Below, piece after piece: positions 8,704-18,603 of a stretch of 64,000 bases of DNA. Source of the DNA: a virus (taxonomy: Duplodnaviria; Caudoviricetes). Made by a program: the position numbers and the translations under genes. Numbering within the stretch: position 1 is the first letter of the stretch; every line of letters begins with the position of its first letter. The notes under the pieces are model-generated. The model was not told where the DNA came from, searched no databases, and saw only the letters and a program-made list of their open reading frames with translations. The stretch lies in IMG/VR virus record IMGVR_UViG_3300033463_000008. One strand, written 5' to 3'.

Positions 8704-10068
8704 TTACCTGCCTTTCTTATTCCTGCCCTTCTTTTTGTTTCCACCGGTGGTCCCGGTAGTTCCTTCCTTCTTGTCTGCATGCGCGCTTTTCAGGTAACGA
8801 CCGCTATTGAACACATCGTCACCCATCCAGCGAATGAAGCCCTTCTTTGGATCGGGAGTCATCCACATATCAAACTGAATGTCAGCCGTTATGTAGAGCG
8901 GAATGTGGGTGCCGTCTTCGGAAATGAACTGTTCCTTGCTGGAATGGAAAGTCACTCCCCGGATAACAAGGGGTTCAATATCAAGGATATGGCCAAGAGT
9001 CAACCGTACCGGGAATGGATTCACCGTGATGTTTCCGCCAAAGAACGAGTTAATCTTCAACATGAAGTTTAGCCCATCGTTGGCAGCCATCTTCATCACG
9101 TCACTGGCAAGCTTCATCGTATCCGCATCGGGTGTCAATTTATTCTTTGCCGCGTCAATAGCTTCACCGGCTTTCTTGCTGTAAAATTCACCAAGGTCAT
9201 TTCCATAGTCCATCATCTCATCGCCTAGCGGAACGTATTTTCTAATAGCCCCGCCTATCGCCCCGGTAACTTCGCCGACCTTATTCGATACAGCGGATCC
9301 AAACTGCGATAATCCCTTCTTGGCATCGCTGGCAAATTCTCCCACGGACGCCATTGTATCTTTGTAATCTTGACTGCTAGTCAATTCAGCAACAGCTTTG
9401 GTCAGTTTGCCCACAAGATCCTTGTCATCCATGTTTGCCGAGCGCACAAACGCCAAAGTAAGCAATCTGGAAATAGACAATCGCGCCATGTTTTCCTGTT
9501 CCGGCATATACCATTTGCATTTTACGGTCTTGTCGAAATTAAACGTAGCGCCCTTAAAATCCTTCAATGTACAGGCACCCGTAGAGTCGGTATTGAGACC
9601 GGCAGCATTTGCCATCTTGGTCGAAAAATCACCAACAGTTTTAGTAATCTTTCCCATAAACCCAAGAGCATTGCTGCCAGCTTTTCCAACCACAGGAATG
9701 TGAGAAACTGCACCGGCAACGCCATTCAGCGTCTCAGTTAACTCACCAAACCCATGTTTTCCTTTCTCCCATGAGGCGGTCAATCCAAACTCAACACCTT
9801 CATTGTCCTTCGGGTCGAAGAATCCATAGAACGGCTTGGTCGCATCGTTATAAAGCATGGATTCCATAAGAGCTTGCTGGAACCGGTTAGTCATGGCATA
9901 CAGGCCACCATTCAAGTAGGTCGCCTTTGCAGATGGAGACAAAACTTCAATACGCACCACGTTCGGGTTTGGCAATTTCTCCGAATGGTATAACTTTGAC
10001 AACTTGTCATTATGCCCCGGAAACGGGGTGTATTTCTTCTTCCTGATTTCCTTTGCTGACCACGCCAT
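8704..10068 (-). CDS. Putative tail tube initiator (gp48/gp54-like)
   Basis: C-terminal PFPVRLTLGHIL..PLVIRGVTF...G..IPLYITADIQF resembles tube-initiator folds. Lies downstream of the tape-measure-like gene. Confidence 0.5.
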   Translation of the reverse strand: MAWSAKEIRKKKYTPFPGHNDKLSKLYHSEKLPNPNVVRIEVLSPSAKATYLNGGLYAMTNRFQQALMESMLYNDATKPFYGFFDPKDNEGVEFGLTASWEKGKHGFGELTETLNGVAGAVSHIPVVGKAGSNALGFMGKITKTVGDFSTKMANAAGLNTDSTGACTLKDFKGATFNFDKTVKCKWYMPEQENMARLSISRLLTLAFVRSANMDDKDLVGKLTKAVAELTSSQDYKDTMASVGEFASDAKKGLSQFGSAVSNKVGEVTGAIGGAIRKYVPLGDEMMDYGNDLGEFYSKKAGEAIDAAKNKLTPDADTMKLASDVMKMAANDGLNFMLKINSFFGGNITVNPFPVRLTLGHILDIEPLVIRGVTFHSSKEQFISEDGTHIPLYITADIQFDMWMTPDPKKGFIRWMGDDVFNSGRYLKSAHADKKEGTTGTTGGNKKKGRNKKGR

Positions 10069-10071
10069 GCA

Positions 10072-11934
10072 CTACCCCATCAACTTGTGTTCTACCGATG
10101 TTCCAGCAGCCTTAGCTGTCGATGTCAACACCGCCTGCACTTCCGGGAGGAGGAATGCATCCCGGATTCCTTCAAAAGTAAACTGTTTGAACTGCCTTGC
10201 CTTTTCCTCGGCAGTGATTATATCATCAGTCATTACGCCCGTGCCGGCGTTTATGACATTGGGAGTCGTATTCGTGTTGGAGCCGACAGCCAGCGGAACT
10301 GCAGTTTCCTGTTGAATGTTCGGCTGGGCATCCTTCTGGACAGCAGGCTGCTGCGGATTCTGCTGCTGATTATTCGGATTCTGGCCATTGGGCTGAGTGC
10401 CGTTATCAAGAGCTTTCTTTTGTGCAGCCTTGTATCGTTCAAGTTCCTCATTCTGGAACTTGATGAAAGCACCCTTGTCTTCAACATTGACCCCCGCCTT
10501 GGTAGCAAGCTGTTTCTGTTCTTCGAGCCATTTGCCAACCGCCTTGCTATCAGTACGCTTGATACCATATGCTTCTGCACGGTCAAGCATTTGCTTATGG
10601 CGTCTCAGCTCGATTTGGCGGTCAACTTCCGCCATTTTGGCCTCATATTCCTTATTCCGGACTCCCTCGGTCTTTGCCCCAAAAACTGCATCGGCTACAG
10701 ATGCCAAAATCCCATTCTTTTCTTTTGCCAATTCAGCATCAGCCTTATCCGACTTGATGTTGGCATCGCGCAAATCATCGTTTACGCCATTTTTCATCTT
10801 GTTATTGGCATCAGTGGCGTTCTTGAGATTCTTATCGATGTTTGCATTGGCCTCGCTGCTGGCCTTGTGCCAGTCCCAAAGCGATTTTCCGGCCATACCA
10901 ATCATGCCAAGCGAAGCAATGGTCGCTGCACCAAGTGCGGCTATTCCACCACCCTTGACTAACGAACCCAAGCCACTCGTCTTCTTGACAATGCTACTTG
11001 AGTCGCTATTGGCTTGGTCACTATGAACATTAAGTTCATCATTCAAGATTTTATCAAATACCTGATTACCCTTCGACATGAAGTCAGGAGCCGTCTTCGA
11101 CAAGAACTTCAGTTGAAGGTCATCCTTCATTTTATCACGGCTACGTTCCGTCCCAGTTTCGTCTTTCTTTTTCTTCGGTTTTAGCTCGGCATCTTCATCA
11201 TCATCAAAGCCTGCCAGTAACTTGTTAAAATCGAAGAAATCCGTTCTTAGTTCAGGAGCCGTGATATCGTTATTCCCATTAGGGTCAAACTGATTAGAGG
11301 CCTGTTTGCCTTTTTGAATAAAAATATCATTCTCGGGCAATCCAACTGCACGGTCAATATCATGCTCAGGCTTACGTTCATTCATTATTTCATGTATGCC
11401 ATGAACATCATCGCGAATCTTCGCATTCACATTCTTTTCGGGATTCGTGCTGGCATCAATGGATTTGCGGTCATTTTCATGCTGCTGATTCTCATTTTTG
11501 CCAACATTATGTTTGTCAAGCGACTTGTCAATTGCCGTTTCGAGGGAATTTACTAAATGCTCATTCGTATCCAGCGTTTCAACGGCGAGAAGCTGAGCCT
11601 TGGTAAATCCACGCCCGCTGGCATCTTCTGCAGCTGGCTTGTTCCTGTCTGGTACACCAAACACTCCTTCATCATGAAGGTCGCTTATGCTGTCATGGGT
11701 AGCCGAGGCAAGCGCATCATACATGGCGTCGTTGGCGGCATCGCTCGCAATCGCCCCGGTAAACGCCTTTTCAAGCATCTCCGGCAACGCGTCTTTCAGT
11801 TCGCCTATCGCAGTCCCGATGGACTCGATTGCAGCGGAGAAATCACCCTTATCCGAGGCATCTTGGGCATCGGCATTATTGACCACGGTAACCTGGCCGG
11901 TTGTTGTCGTATTTCTGTTAAAAAGTCCGCTCAT
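10072..11934 (-). CDS. Putative tape measure / gp29-like protein
   Basis: 620 aa, helical and coiled-coil, with a Gly/Ala-rich hydrophobic segment (GGGIAALGAATIASLGMIGMAG). First gene of the baseplate operon, downstream of the chaperone. Confidence 0.5.
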   Translation of the reverse strand: MSGLFNRNTTTTGQVTVVNNADAQDASDKGDFSAAIESIGTAIGELKDALPEMLEKAFTGAIASDAANDAMYDALASATHDSISDLHDEGVFGVPDRNKPAAEDASGRGFTKAQLLAVETLDTNEHLVNSLETAIDKSLDKHNVGKNENQQHENDRKSIDASTNPEKNVNAKIRDDVHGIHEIMNERKPEHDIDRAVGLPENDIFIQKGKQASNQFDPNGNNDITAPELRTDFFDFNKLLAGFDDDEDAELKPKKKKDETGTERSRDKMKDDLQLKFLSKTAPDFMSKGNQVFDKILNDELNVHSDQANSDSSSIVKKTSGLGSLVKGGGIAALGAATIASLGMIGMAGKSLWDWHKASSEANANIDKNLKNATDANNKMKNGVNDDLRDANIKSDKADAELAKEKNGILASVADAVFGAKTEGVRNKEYEAKMAEVDRQIELRRHKQMLDRAEAYGIKRTDSKAVGKWLEEQKQLATKAGVNVEDKGAFIKFQNEELERYKAAQKKALDNGTQPNGQNPNNQQQNPQQPAVQKDAQPNIQQETAVPLAVGSNTNTTPNVINAGTGVMTDDIITAEEKARQFKQFTFEGIRDAFLLPEVQAVLTSTAKAAGTSVEHKLMG

Positions 11935-11978
11935 ATTAAAAATCCGGTGACTGCATCATCACCGGACAGTTTATAATT

Positions 11979-12191
11979 TTACATGGTGCCCGGGGCGCCA
12001 AGTGGCACTTTGGCATTGGTGCGCCCGTACAGTTCAACAAACCGTTTTTCGGCGTAGGCCAGGAGTTCAAGAAATTCCGGGATAAACATCCGGTCGCAAT
12101 CGGCCATGCTGTTATTCGTTATTTCCGAAACAAGAGCCTTGTCCTTCGTAAGGGAAACGATATTAAAGACTGGAAACAAACCGCCGTACGA
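11979..12191 (-). CDS. +1-frame extension of the tail chaperone (GT-like / gp51-like segment)
   Basis: About 70 open codons (SYGGLFPVFNIV...DCDRMFIPEFLELL...) overlap the end of the upstream gene at CCC TTT CTC. No good start of its own. Confidence 0.55.
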   Translation of the reverse strand, partial: SYGGLFPVFNIVSLTKDKALVSEITNNSMADCDRMFIPEFLELLAYAEKRFVELYGRTNAKVPLGAPGTM

Positions 12192-13497
12192 GAAAGGGAT
12201 ATGGCGTTTCAACCATACCTCCGCATCGGCTACAGGTAATGACCGCAGAAATGTTGCATGCAACGGTCCCGGCCACCACAAGATCTTCAAACACCGGCTT
12301 TTCCTTAGGGGAAAGCTCGGAAATGTAACTGAACTTATCCCACATGTCTTCACAGCCTTCGATTTCCGTAACGGTAGCAACACCGGCAATCTTACGGATT
12401 GCATTCGGGGCATCCATTTCAAACTTCTGTTCCCACTCAGAAATGAACTTGTTAAGCTCCATTGCATGGCGGAGCCGATGGATATAGACATGGCATTCCC
12501 GCCCGTCATCAAGAAAGCCCTTGTGATATCCGTTTACCCTGTGCAACTCATAGAGCTGATCAATGTCCTTCGTTAATGTAAACTTTAGGTTACGGAACCC
12601 AATCCGAAATTCATTGTAAACGTCTTCCTTCGATGTATCAAACTGACAATGTGGACACTTGTAGCCCGGATGCCACAAACCATGCTTGGGAAACGACGAG
12701 GCGCGGAGCCAATGAAGCAAGTACGATTCATCTATGGTTGCAATGTCTTCCGGGGCGATTCCGCGAATTCTACGCTTGAGGATGGAGTTAATAGCCAGTC
12801 GCGTAGTCATCGAGCCATCAACCACGTCATCAAGGAAATAGTTGTCCACTAGCTTCAAGGCCTGACCCATGATTGGGGCTGGATAAAACAAGCCCTTGGA
12901 AGGAAGTCTGGAAACCCGGTTAAACACGCCAAACTCGCCTTCCTCAATATCATACGGACGGTCATTCAATTCCTGGCTTGGCACAGCATGTACAATAGGA
13001 GTTTCAGCCTTCGGCTCAGGGGCAGCAGGTTCCGGCTGGGCTTCCTGAACAGGAGGAACAGGAAGAACAGGAGGCTTTTCCGCAGTATTCGACTTGCCAC
13101 GGTTGCCAATCTTGGAAAACGTCTTGCGCATCTCGTTGGCATCGACTACGGATTCAGCCGGTGCAGCTTCGGATGGCAGTTGCACTTCCGGAGCAATATG
13201 TTCCGGGTTGGACAACGGCATCACATTTTCCTGGGTCACCATGCCACGGCGACGCTTAATGGGCGCCTGCCGCTTGATTGTCGCCATGACCGGGTCTTCA
13301 CCAAGGATTGCAGCGCCACGGCGCCTACGGGCCTCGGCATTCTTACGTTCCATATCCTCGGCAAGCTGGCGCTGTTCGCTAGCCTGTATTTCACGCATGC
13401 CCATCGCCCGCATGGAGGAATCCATTGACATGGCCTGTTCCAGAATTTTCCGGCTATCCGGATCCAAATTTTCAAGTCCCTCTGCCATATACATCAT
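12163..13497 (-). CDS. gp26: Baseplate hub assembly / tail assembly chaperone (T4 gp26-like) with a long disordered N-terminus
   Basis: LPSKGLFYP, D..YLL..LRA.S, CPHC and C-terminal CSRCG are gp26-family motifs. Confidence 0.75.
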   Translation of the reverse strand: MMYMAEGLENLDPDSRKILEQAMSMDSSMRAMGMREIQASEQRQLAEDMERKNAEARRRRGAAILGEDPVMATIKRQAPIKRRRGMVTQENVMPLSNPEHIAPEVQLPSEAAPAESVVDANEMRKTFSKIGNRGKSNTAEKPPVLPVPPVQEAQPEPAAPEPKAETPIVHAVPSQELNDRPYDIEEGEFGVFNRVSRLPSKGLFYPAPIMGQALKLVDNYFLDDVVDGSMTTRLAINSILKRRIRGIAPEDIATIDESYLLHWLRASSFPKHGLWHPGYKCPHCQFDTSKEDVYNEFRIGFRNLKFTLTKDIDQLYELHRVNGYHKGFLDDGRECHVYIHRLRHAMELNKFISEWEQKFEMDAPNAIRKIAGVATVTEIEGCEDMWDKFSYISELSPKEKPVFEDLVVAGTVACNISAVITCSRCGGMVETPYPFLVRRFVSSL

Positions 13498-13760
13498 CCT
13501 TTCGTAGTGTAGTAAAAATACCGGGGTCCCTTATAGTGTTCCCCGTTCGGTAGGTCAACCTCTATTTCTTCACCCCGACCGTGTGCCATCATATCGAGGA
13601 CCCGCGCAGCAGCTTCATCATGGGTACTGTATGACGGTTCCATGAGCATCGGAGCTTCCACTTTAAGGTCATGATAATCAAGAGAATGGCCTGGCAGGTC
13701 CTTGTTTGCTGCCAGGCTCATAATGTCCACGCGGACGGCAAAATGCCGCTCACCGGTCAT
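13494..13760 (-). CDS. Hypothetical protein (88 aa; start reassigned to MTGERHF)
   Basis: ATG lies 4 nt after the upstream stop with a GGAG RBS; overlaps the downstream start. Confidence 0.6.
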   Translation of the reverse strand: MTGERHFAVRVDIMSLAANKDLPGHSLDYHDLKVEAPMLMEPSYSTHDEAAARVLDMMAHGRGEEIEVDLPNGEHYKGPRYFYYTTKG

Positions 13761-13764
13761 TTTG

Positions 13765-15279
13765 TTATTCTCCGTCCTTCTGTTTTTCAGTGGTTTCAAC
13801 CGTTTCGGTTTCCGGCTTCGTATCGCCATCACCGAACTTTTCCTTACGGGCGAGCGAGAGCTTGCGTCCGAGCATGGCGTTGAAGAAACCGCCCATCACG
13901 TTAGGCGAGCTGACCAGACGGCGAGTAATGAGGTACTGCTTCTGCTTTTCAAAGGCCTGGTCCCAGTTGGAACAGATGGACCACTTGACAATGAGACCCT
14001 TGATGTCATCAACCTTGGTGTTCTTGCCAAAGGTGAGACCCGTATCAAGGCAGACATGGGTACCCTTGCTGAATCCAGCATCGTCAATGCATGCGATTGC
14101 AACGGAACCGGAAGCGATTGCAATGAGTGCATCGGTATCGGTCATGGTGATATTGTAGATGTCATCTGCAAAGTCATCCGGACCAGTAAGGATGGTGAAA
14201 TCAAATGCGGCATCGCGTTCGATTGCAACCGTCTTCTGGATGTTGCGCGGGTTGATTCGCGGGTTTGCCCAGTGCACCATGTTGCGGACACACGGACCCT
14301 TTTCCGTATGCTTCGGATCCTTCGGAGTAGTAAGGAGCTTCATGAGACGTTCATCGAGTTCGCCGACGCTGCAAATTGTGAAATCGTAGCGGTCATAGCC
14401 GTGGATGATGAAGTTCTGCACATTCTTCGGGATGCAGGTACCCTTCACCAAAATCTTCGGCTTGTTGATAATCGTGCTCAACGATGTCATGCGGCTGTAG
14501 ATTCGGTTAATCGGGTAGAAATACTCGTTCATGAATGTCGGAATGACAAGAACATCGGTGTATTCGGAGACAAGGCCGAGATCCTTGATGGCGCCCGCAA
14601 GTTCACTGTTCGGCACGACAACTTCGTCAGCCATCTGCATGGTTTCCTGGACAGTCATTGCGCCGACGATGGTGTTCTGACGGCCAGCAGGGGCTTCCCA
14701 CACAAATTCGTCAAGGGCATACACTACACGGAGAGTCATTGCGCGGTATGCGTTGGCATCAGCAATATACTGTTCATAGACGGTAGCCTTTTCCTTCAAG
14801 GCGTCAAGCTTTTCCTTGACGCTTTCAAGATACTTGTTGGCTCCTTCCTCGTCTTCGCCAAATTCAGCAACCTTGGCATCGACTTCCGCCTGGAAATCTT
14901 CATAAGCCTTACGGTCGCCTTCAGAATCTTTCTTAATCTGTTCAGCATCCTTGCGCCAGTCCGGTGCAATCTTATTCATGACAGCATTTACCTTTTCTTC
15001 AAGGGAAGCCATGAAGTTGCGGTTGGAAATGTTGTCAATCCATAGAATGTTGTAGAAGGCAAGGTCCGGACATGCCCTGATAAACGTCTTGCTGTCGATA
15101 CTCGTCAGGGAAATGTCGGCAAGGTTGCCATAGAAATGCTTGAACTCCTGCATGGCGGTAAGGCCACGGCAGTATGAGAGGCGGGAAGTTTCATCGCCCA
15201 CATACAGAATATTGAACTTTGGCTTTGATGCCAGGTTGGCGGCAATGCCGTCCTCGATGAGTTTCTTAAAATCGGTCAT
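13765..15279 (-). CDS. GT-B (GT4-like) glycosyltransferase-related protein with a coiled-coil insertion
   Basis: RVVYALDEFVWEAP and ADEVVVPNSEL...VLVIPTFM resemble the YDIDD / AD.V.V.T..L / V.VIPN motifs of phage GT4-like proteins. Confidence 0.55.
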   Translation of the reverse strand: MTDFKKLIEDGIAANLASKPKFNILYVGDETSRLSYCRGLTAMQEFKHFYGNLADISLTSIDSKTFIRACPDLAFYNILWIDNISNRNFMASLEEKVNAVMNKIAPDWRKDAEQIKKDSEGDRKAYEDFQAEVDAKVAEFGEDEEGANKYLESVKEKLDALKEKATVYEQYIADANAYRAMTLRVVYALDEFVWEAPAGRQNTIVGAMTVQETMQMADEVVVPNSELAGAIKDLGLVSEYTDVLVIPTFMNEYFYPINRIYSRMTSLSTIINKPKILVKGTCIPKNVQNFIIHGYDRYDFTICSVGELDERLMKLLTTPKDPKHTEKGPCVRNMVHWANPRINPRNIQKTVAIERDAAFDFTILTGPDDFADDIYNITMTDTDALIAIASGSVAIACIDDAGFSKGTHVCLDTGLTFGKNTKVDDIKGLIVKWSICSNWDQAFEKQKQYLITRRLVSSPNVMGGFFNAMLGRKLSLARKEKFGDGDTKPETETVETTEKQKDGE

Positions 15280-15339
15280 AATGAAAAAGTTTCCTCTTTG
15301 ATGAGGAAACTATATTCAATTTTGAAAAATGTACAGGTT

Positions 15340-16455
15340 TTAACCCACTCTGTCCACATATTTTTTCAAAAGATCGGTAATCATCACCCTGGAATCGGTT
15401 CCATCATCAAATTGAGGGAGCAATTCGGCATACCGGTCCATGAACATGGTAGCCAATCCAATGGTGTCGCTTTCCATGATTCTCTTGGCTTCCTCATCGT
15501 CAATGACCCTTGCATCGTCGAGCGAAGTACCATTCCCGCCATAAGGAACCATCTTGATATAGAGCGGTGCATAGGATTCCAGCTTCTTCTTCAACTCGGC
15601 GCTTTCGTCGGCATTGCGGCCAGTCATTGCCATGTAGCGGACGAAATAGTTGGATATATCGCCAAGGCCATCCAGGTGTTCATCATCACAATCCATGAAT
15701 CTTGGTGATTCAGTATTCTCGATGAACTCAAGGTTCATGTCATCATCAAAGAGATAAATTCCGCAATTAGTCCCGACATGGGCGAAAGTCAGCTGGAACG
15801 GCGTGCCCAGGTAGACAAGCCTGTTTCCACGATATTCCTGGTCAGAACGGCAATGATAGTGGCCACTGAATGTGTACTTGGCTGCCTTCAGGAATTTTTC
15901 AGGTTCAAGCCCAACTTCGGAAATCTGTCCGGCATCCATAAGGACACCCATCATGTCGAAGTGGCCAAGAATGACGGTATTGTCCCGTTCGACCTTCGGT
16001 TTCTTTGCCATCTTGGCAAGCCATTCGTTGAATCCAGGCATCGCGGACGGAGTTACCCACGGGACCATGTGGAACTTCATCCCGTGAAGCTCTACGGTCT
16101 CGATGTCATCAATGTAAACATGAACATTCGGAAGAAGGCCCAGGTAGCGAATACTGGATACATGGTTGGTATTGTCGTACAGGCAGTCATGGTTACCGGC
16201 GATAATATGGATGTCAAATTTTGCCAGGGTCTTTCCAAACAGCTCCATGGCGTAGTTCAATGCCTCGACAGTAACGAATGTGCGGACACTAAAAATGTCG
16301 CCCGCAAAGAGTATCGTATCGACACCGGCGGCTTCCAGTTTTGGTGCAAGGCCGTCAAGATACGCCTTCTGTGCAGCGACCACACGATTCCTGATGGAAG
16401 TGATGTCGCATTTTGGGGAAAGGTGGATGTCACCGATAATTGCAATTTTTGACAT
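15340..16455 (-). CDS. gp47: Recombination endonuclease subunit (T4 gp47 / Mre11 / SbcD)
   Basis: Phosphoesterase motifs GDIH, AGDIF, GNHD, GHF, SGHYH and YLGTP. Confidence 0.92.
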   Translation of the reverse strand: MSKIAIIGDIHLSPKCDITSIRNRVVAAQKAYLDGLAPKLEAAGVDTILFAGDIFSVRTFVTVEALNYAMELFGKTLAKFDIHIIAGNHDCLYDNTNHVSSIRYLGLLPNVHVYIDDIETVELHGMKFHMVPWVTPSAMPGFNEWLAKMAKKPKVERDNTVILGHFDMMGVLMDAGQISEVGLEPEKFLKAAKYTFSGHYHCRSDQEYRGNRLVYLGTPFQLTFAHVGTNCGIYLFDDDMNLEFIENTESPRFMDCDDEHLDGLGDISNYFVRYMAMTGRNADESAELKKKLESYAPLYIKMVPYGGNGTSLDDARVIDDEEAKRIMESDTIGLATMFMDRYAELLPQFDDGTDSRVMITDLLKKYVDRVG

Positions 16456-16487
16456 AAAAAATTCCTCTTGCGAGGAATATAGCAATT

Positions 16488-17309
16488 TCACTCCGGTTTG
16501 GCATCTTCATCCGGCTTGGAAACCAATCCCCGCTGGCGAGCATCCGCTTCTTCCTTGACGAGCTGTTCCGTTTCGGCATCACGTTCCTTGCCCCATTCAC
16601 GAACAAGCGCAATGACTTCCTGTGGAGTCATTGGTCGTCCCTTGGTACTGCCAAGCGGGTCAGACGGATCCACGGCTTCGCCTGGCGCATCGCCACTTCC
16701 ACCCGTCGTCCCGGAACTGGTTGCATTATTCGCGGAAAGCTGAAGCTTCATCAATTCGTCTTCCTGACGCAAGGTGACCAGCATGTGAGTCAGGTCAGTA
16801 ATGCCCTTGGAAACCGTCTTGTACATGTTTGCTGCAGCGGTCCAGTTCTGGTCAGTAGGTTCAAGAGTGCGCATGACCTGTTCATCAAGCGTCTCAAGCC
16901 ACTTGTTCGCCATGTCCAGATTCTTGAATGCAAGCTTCCTAAGACGCTCGCGGTCTTCCGCCAAACTCTCGATATTGTAACGGGGAACAGGCAATGCCTC
17001 GTTAAGCTGTTCCTTAGTCTCGATGATGGAGTACTGACTTTTCACATTCTGGACAGCCTGGGTGACTGCCTTTGTCGTTTCCTTGGCAGCCTTGATGCCT
17101 TCCTTGGTACTGCCGAGCGGAAGACCGAGCTTGTCCTCGATTGCCGCAAAGGCGTTCCCCTTCATCTCCTCGCGAATTTCCTCGCGATGCTCCTCCGGAG
17201 TCTGCTCATGCACAGGTTCTTCGACCGCAGGCTTCGCCGAGAAGTCTACGTCCATGCCAAACAAGTCATCACCGGAATCAAGCGGTTCAGCGTCTAAAAA
17301 TTGGCTCAT
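16488..17309 (-). CDS. Possible terminase small subunit (gp16-like)
   Basis: Two-helix core DRERLRK..LDMANKWLE...WTAAANMYKTVSKGITDL resembles T4 gp16; weak. Confidence 0.35.
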   Translation of the reverse strand: MSQFLDAEPLDSGDDLFGMDVDFSAKPAVEEPVHEQTPEEHREEIREEMKGNAFAAIEDKLGLPLGSTKEGIKAAKETTKAVTQAVQNVKSQYSIIETKEQLNEALPVPRYNIESLAEDRERLRKLAFKNLDMANKWLETLDEQVMRTLEPTDQNWTAAANMYKTVSKGITDLTHMLVTLRQEDELMKLQLSANNATSSGTTGGSGDAPGEAVDPSDPLGSTKGRPMTPQEVIALVREWGKERDAETEQLVKEEADARQRGLVSKPDEDAKPE

Positions 17310-17575
17310 CCGAAAATTCCCTTATCGACAGGAACATCAACACGCTTGTGAGGGGTGACGGGAACACCGTCGCAATGAACGGCATCTACCTGGACCGGTG
17401 TCCATTTTTGAAAATCGACACCCGTGCCGCACTTCTTTGCAAGCTCAGACTCCTCATTGACAACTTCGGTAAGCACTTTCTTGTTACACGCGAGGCCAGC
17501 CCCCACAAGAACATGAGTGCATTCATCGGCATGAGGTACCGGTGATTCCTGTACAATTTTACAATCCGTTTTCAT
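17306..17575 (-). CDS. Hypothetical protein
   Basis: 89-aa ORF overlapping both neighbours in the operon. Confidence 0.55.
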   Translation of the reverse strand: MKTDCKIVQESPVPHADECTHVLVGAGLACNKKVLTEVVNEESELAKKCGTGVDFQKWTPVQVDAVHCDGVPVTPHKRVDVPVDKGIFG

Positions 17576-18002
17576 GACGTATCATCTCCTTGCGTTTCTC
17601 CATTTCCTCATTGAGGGCATTGATGAGGCGCTTCAATGATTCAATGGATTTTCTATTCCATTCAATTTTCTGCTGCAGCTTCGATTTCTTTTTATTGTCG
17701 GCTTTTGCAATACGCTTTTCCAGTTCATTAAGTTTCTTCTCATGCCACTTGATATCCTTAGTGTACCTGCATTCCCACCATGTACCGGTAGAATAGAAGT
17801 CAACAACGGAGGTATGCGACACATTATCGTAGGAGGCGACACCCGGGATATTCCACAAGAACTGAAACAAGTCATCCAGTGTGTTGATTTCAACCTGTTT
17901 CCCGTCAACTCGAATTATATCCCGGTCGGAATCAAACTCGTCCATCAGGGTGCCGTATGCACACTTGCCAATGTCATTGTATGTGGAGAGTTTCACTTTC
18001 AT
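17559..18002 (-). CDS. Hypothetical protein with a basic coiled-coil C-terminus
   Basis: 147-aa ORF with a GGGG RBS. Confidence 0.65.
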   Translation of the reverse strand: MKVKLSTYNDIGKCAYGTLMDEFDSDRDIIRVDGKQVEINTLDDLFQFLWNIPGVASYDNVSHTSVVDFYSTGTWWECRYTKDIKWHEKKLNELEKRIAKADNKKKSKLQQKIEWNRKSIESLKRLINALNEEMEKRKEMIRHENGL

Positions 18003-18010
18003 GATGCCCC

Positions 18011-18526
18011 CTATACGATGATCTTGCCAATTTCCTGACCGAAGTTATGGACCTTCACGAGAACATCCGCGTTGCGAGCATAGTAGCGAATCTGTTCCTG
18101 CTGCTCAGCCAGAAACTGGACAAAATCTTCCTGGTTGTCAATCATCATCTTTTCCTCGGCCAAGTTGGCATCGCCGCTTACCAGGATTTCCTTTTCCTTG
18201 TCATTCGGCGCCCATCCCCTAGAACGGTCATGGTGCAACTTGTCAAGGCCTTCCTTCTTGTGGATTGCATAGTCCTTCTTCATCTGGTTCAGCCGGAAAC
18301 GGTTGCGCATCGCAATAATGCCTATCTTCGTTCCAGCTTCAGCCATGCAGTAAGCCGCGTTGTAGTAGACCGTCTGCGGATCGACTTCCCAGGTACCATC
18401 CGGCTTCGGCTTCATGGTATTCATGGTATTCCGCAGCCACAAGCGCAAATTCTTCAACTGTTCATTGAGGCTAAGGTCCTCGGAGCCAATCAACTCGGCA
18501 ATAACTTCTTCGTCCGTGAAAATCAT
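18011..18526 (-). CDS. uvsY: Recombination mediator UvsY-like
   Basis: KEKEILVSGDANL...VQFL....EQIRYYARNA....HNF parallels the T4 UvsY C-terminus (EMKTVLSADKDV...DF....DAIKSRGFAI). Confidence 0.65.
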   Translation of the reverse strand: MIFTDEEVIAELIGSEDLSLNEQLKNLRLWLRNTMNTMKPKPDGTWEVDPQTVYYNAAYCMAEAGTKIGIIAMRNRFRLNQMKKDYAIHKKEGLDKLHHDRSRGWAPNDKEKEILVSGDANLAEEKMMIDNQEDFVQFLAEQQEQIRYYARNADVLVKVHNFGQEIGKIIV

Positions 18527-18560
18527 ACCATAAAAATAGCTTATTTTGCCCCAAAATGCA

Positions 18561-18586
18561 AGAAAGGGGCCTCCGAAGAGACCCCC
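18561..18586 (-). terminator. Rho-independent terminator after the tail tube gene
   Basis: GGGGGTCTC-TTCG-GAGGCCCC followed by TTTCT on the minus strand. Confidence 0.8.
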
Positions 18587-18603
18587 GTTGGAAATATTCC
18601 AGC

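Noticed and set aside
12192-12512. 5' part of the 177-aa ORF 11979-12512 as an independent gene
   Set aside because: Lies wholly inside the gp26-like gene; only the segment after the slip site looks coding.
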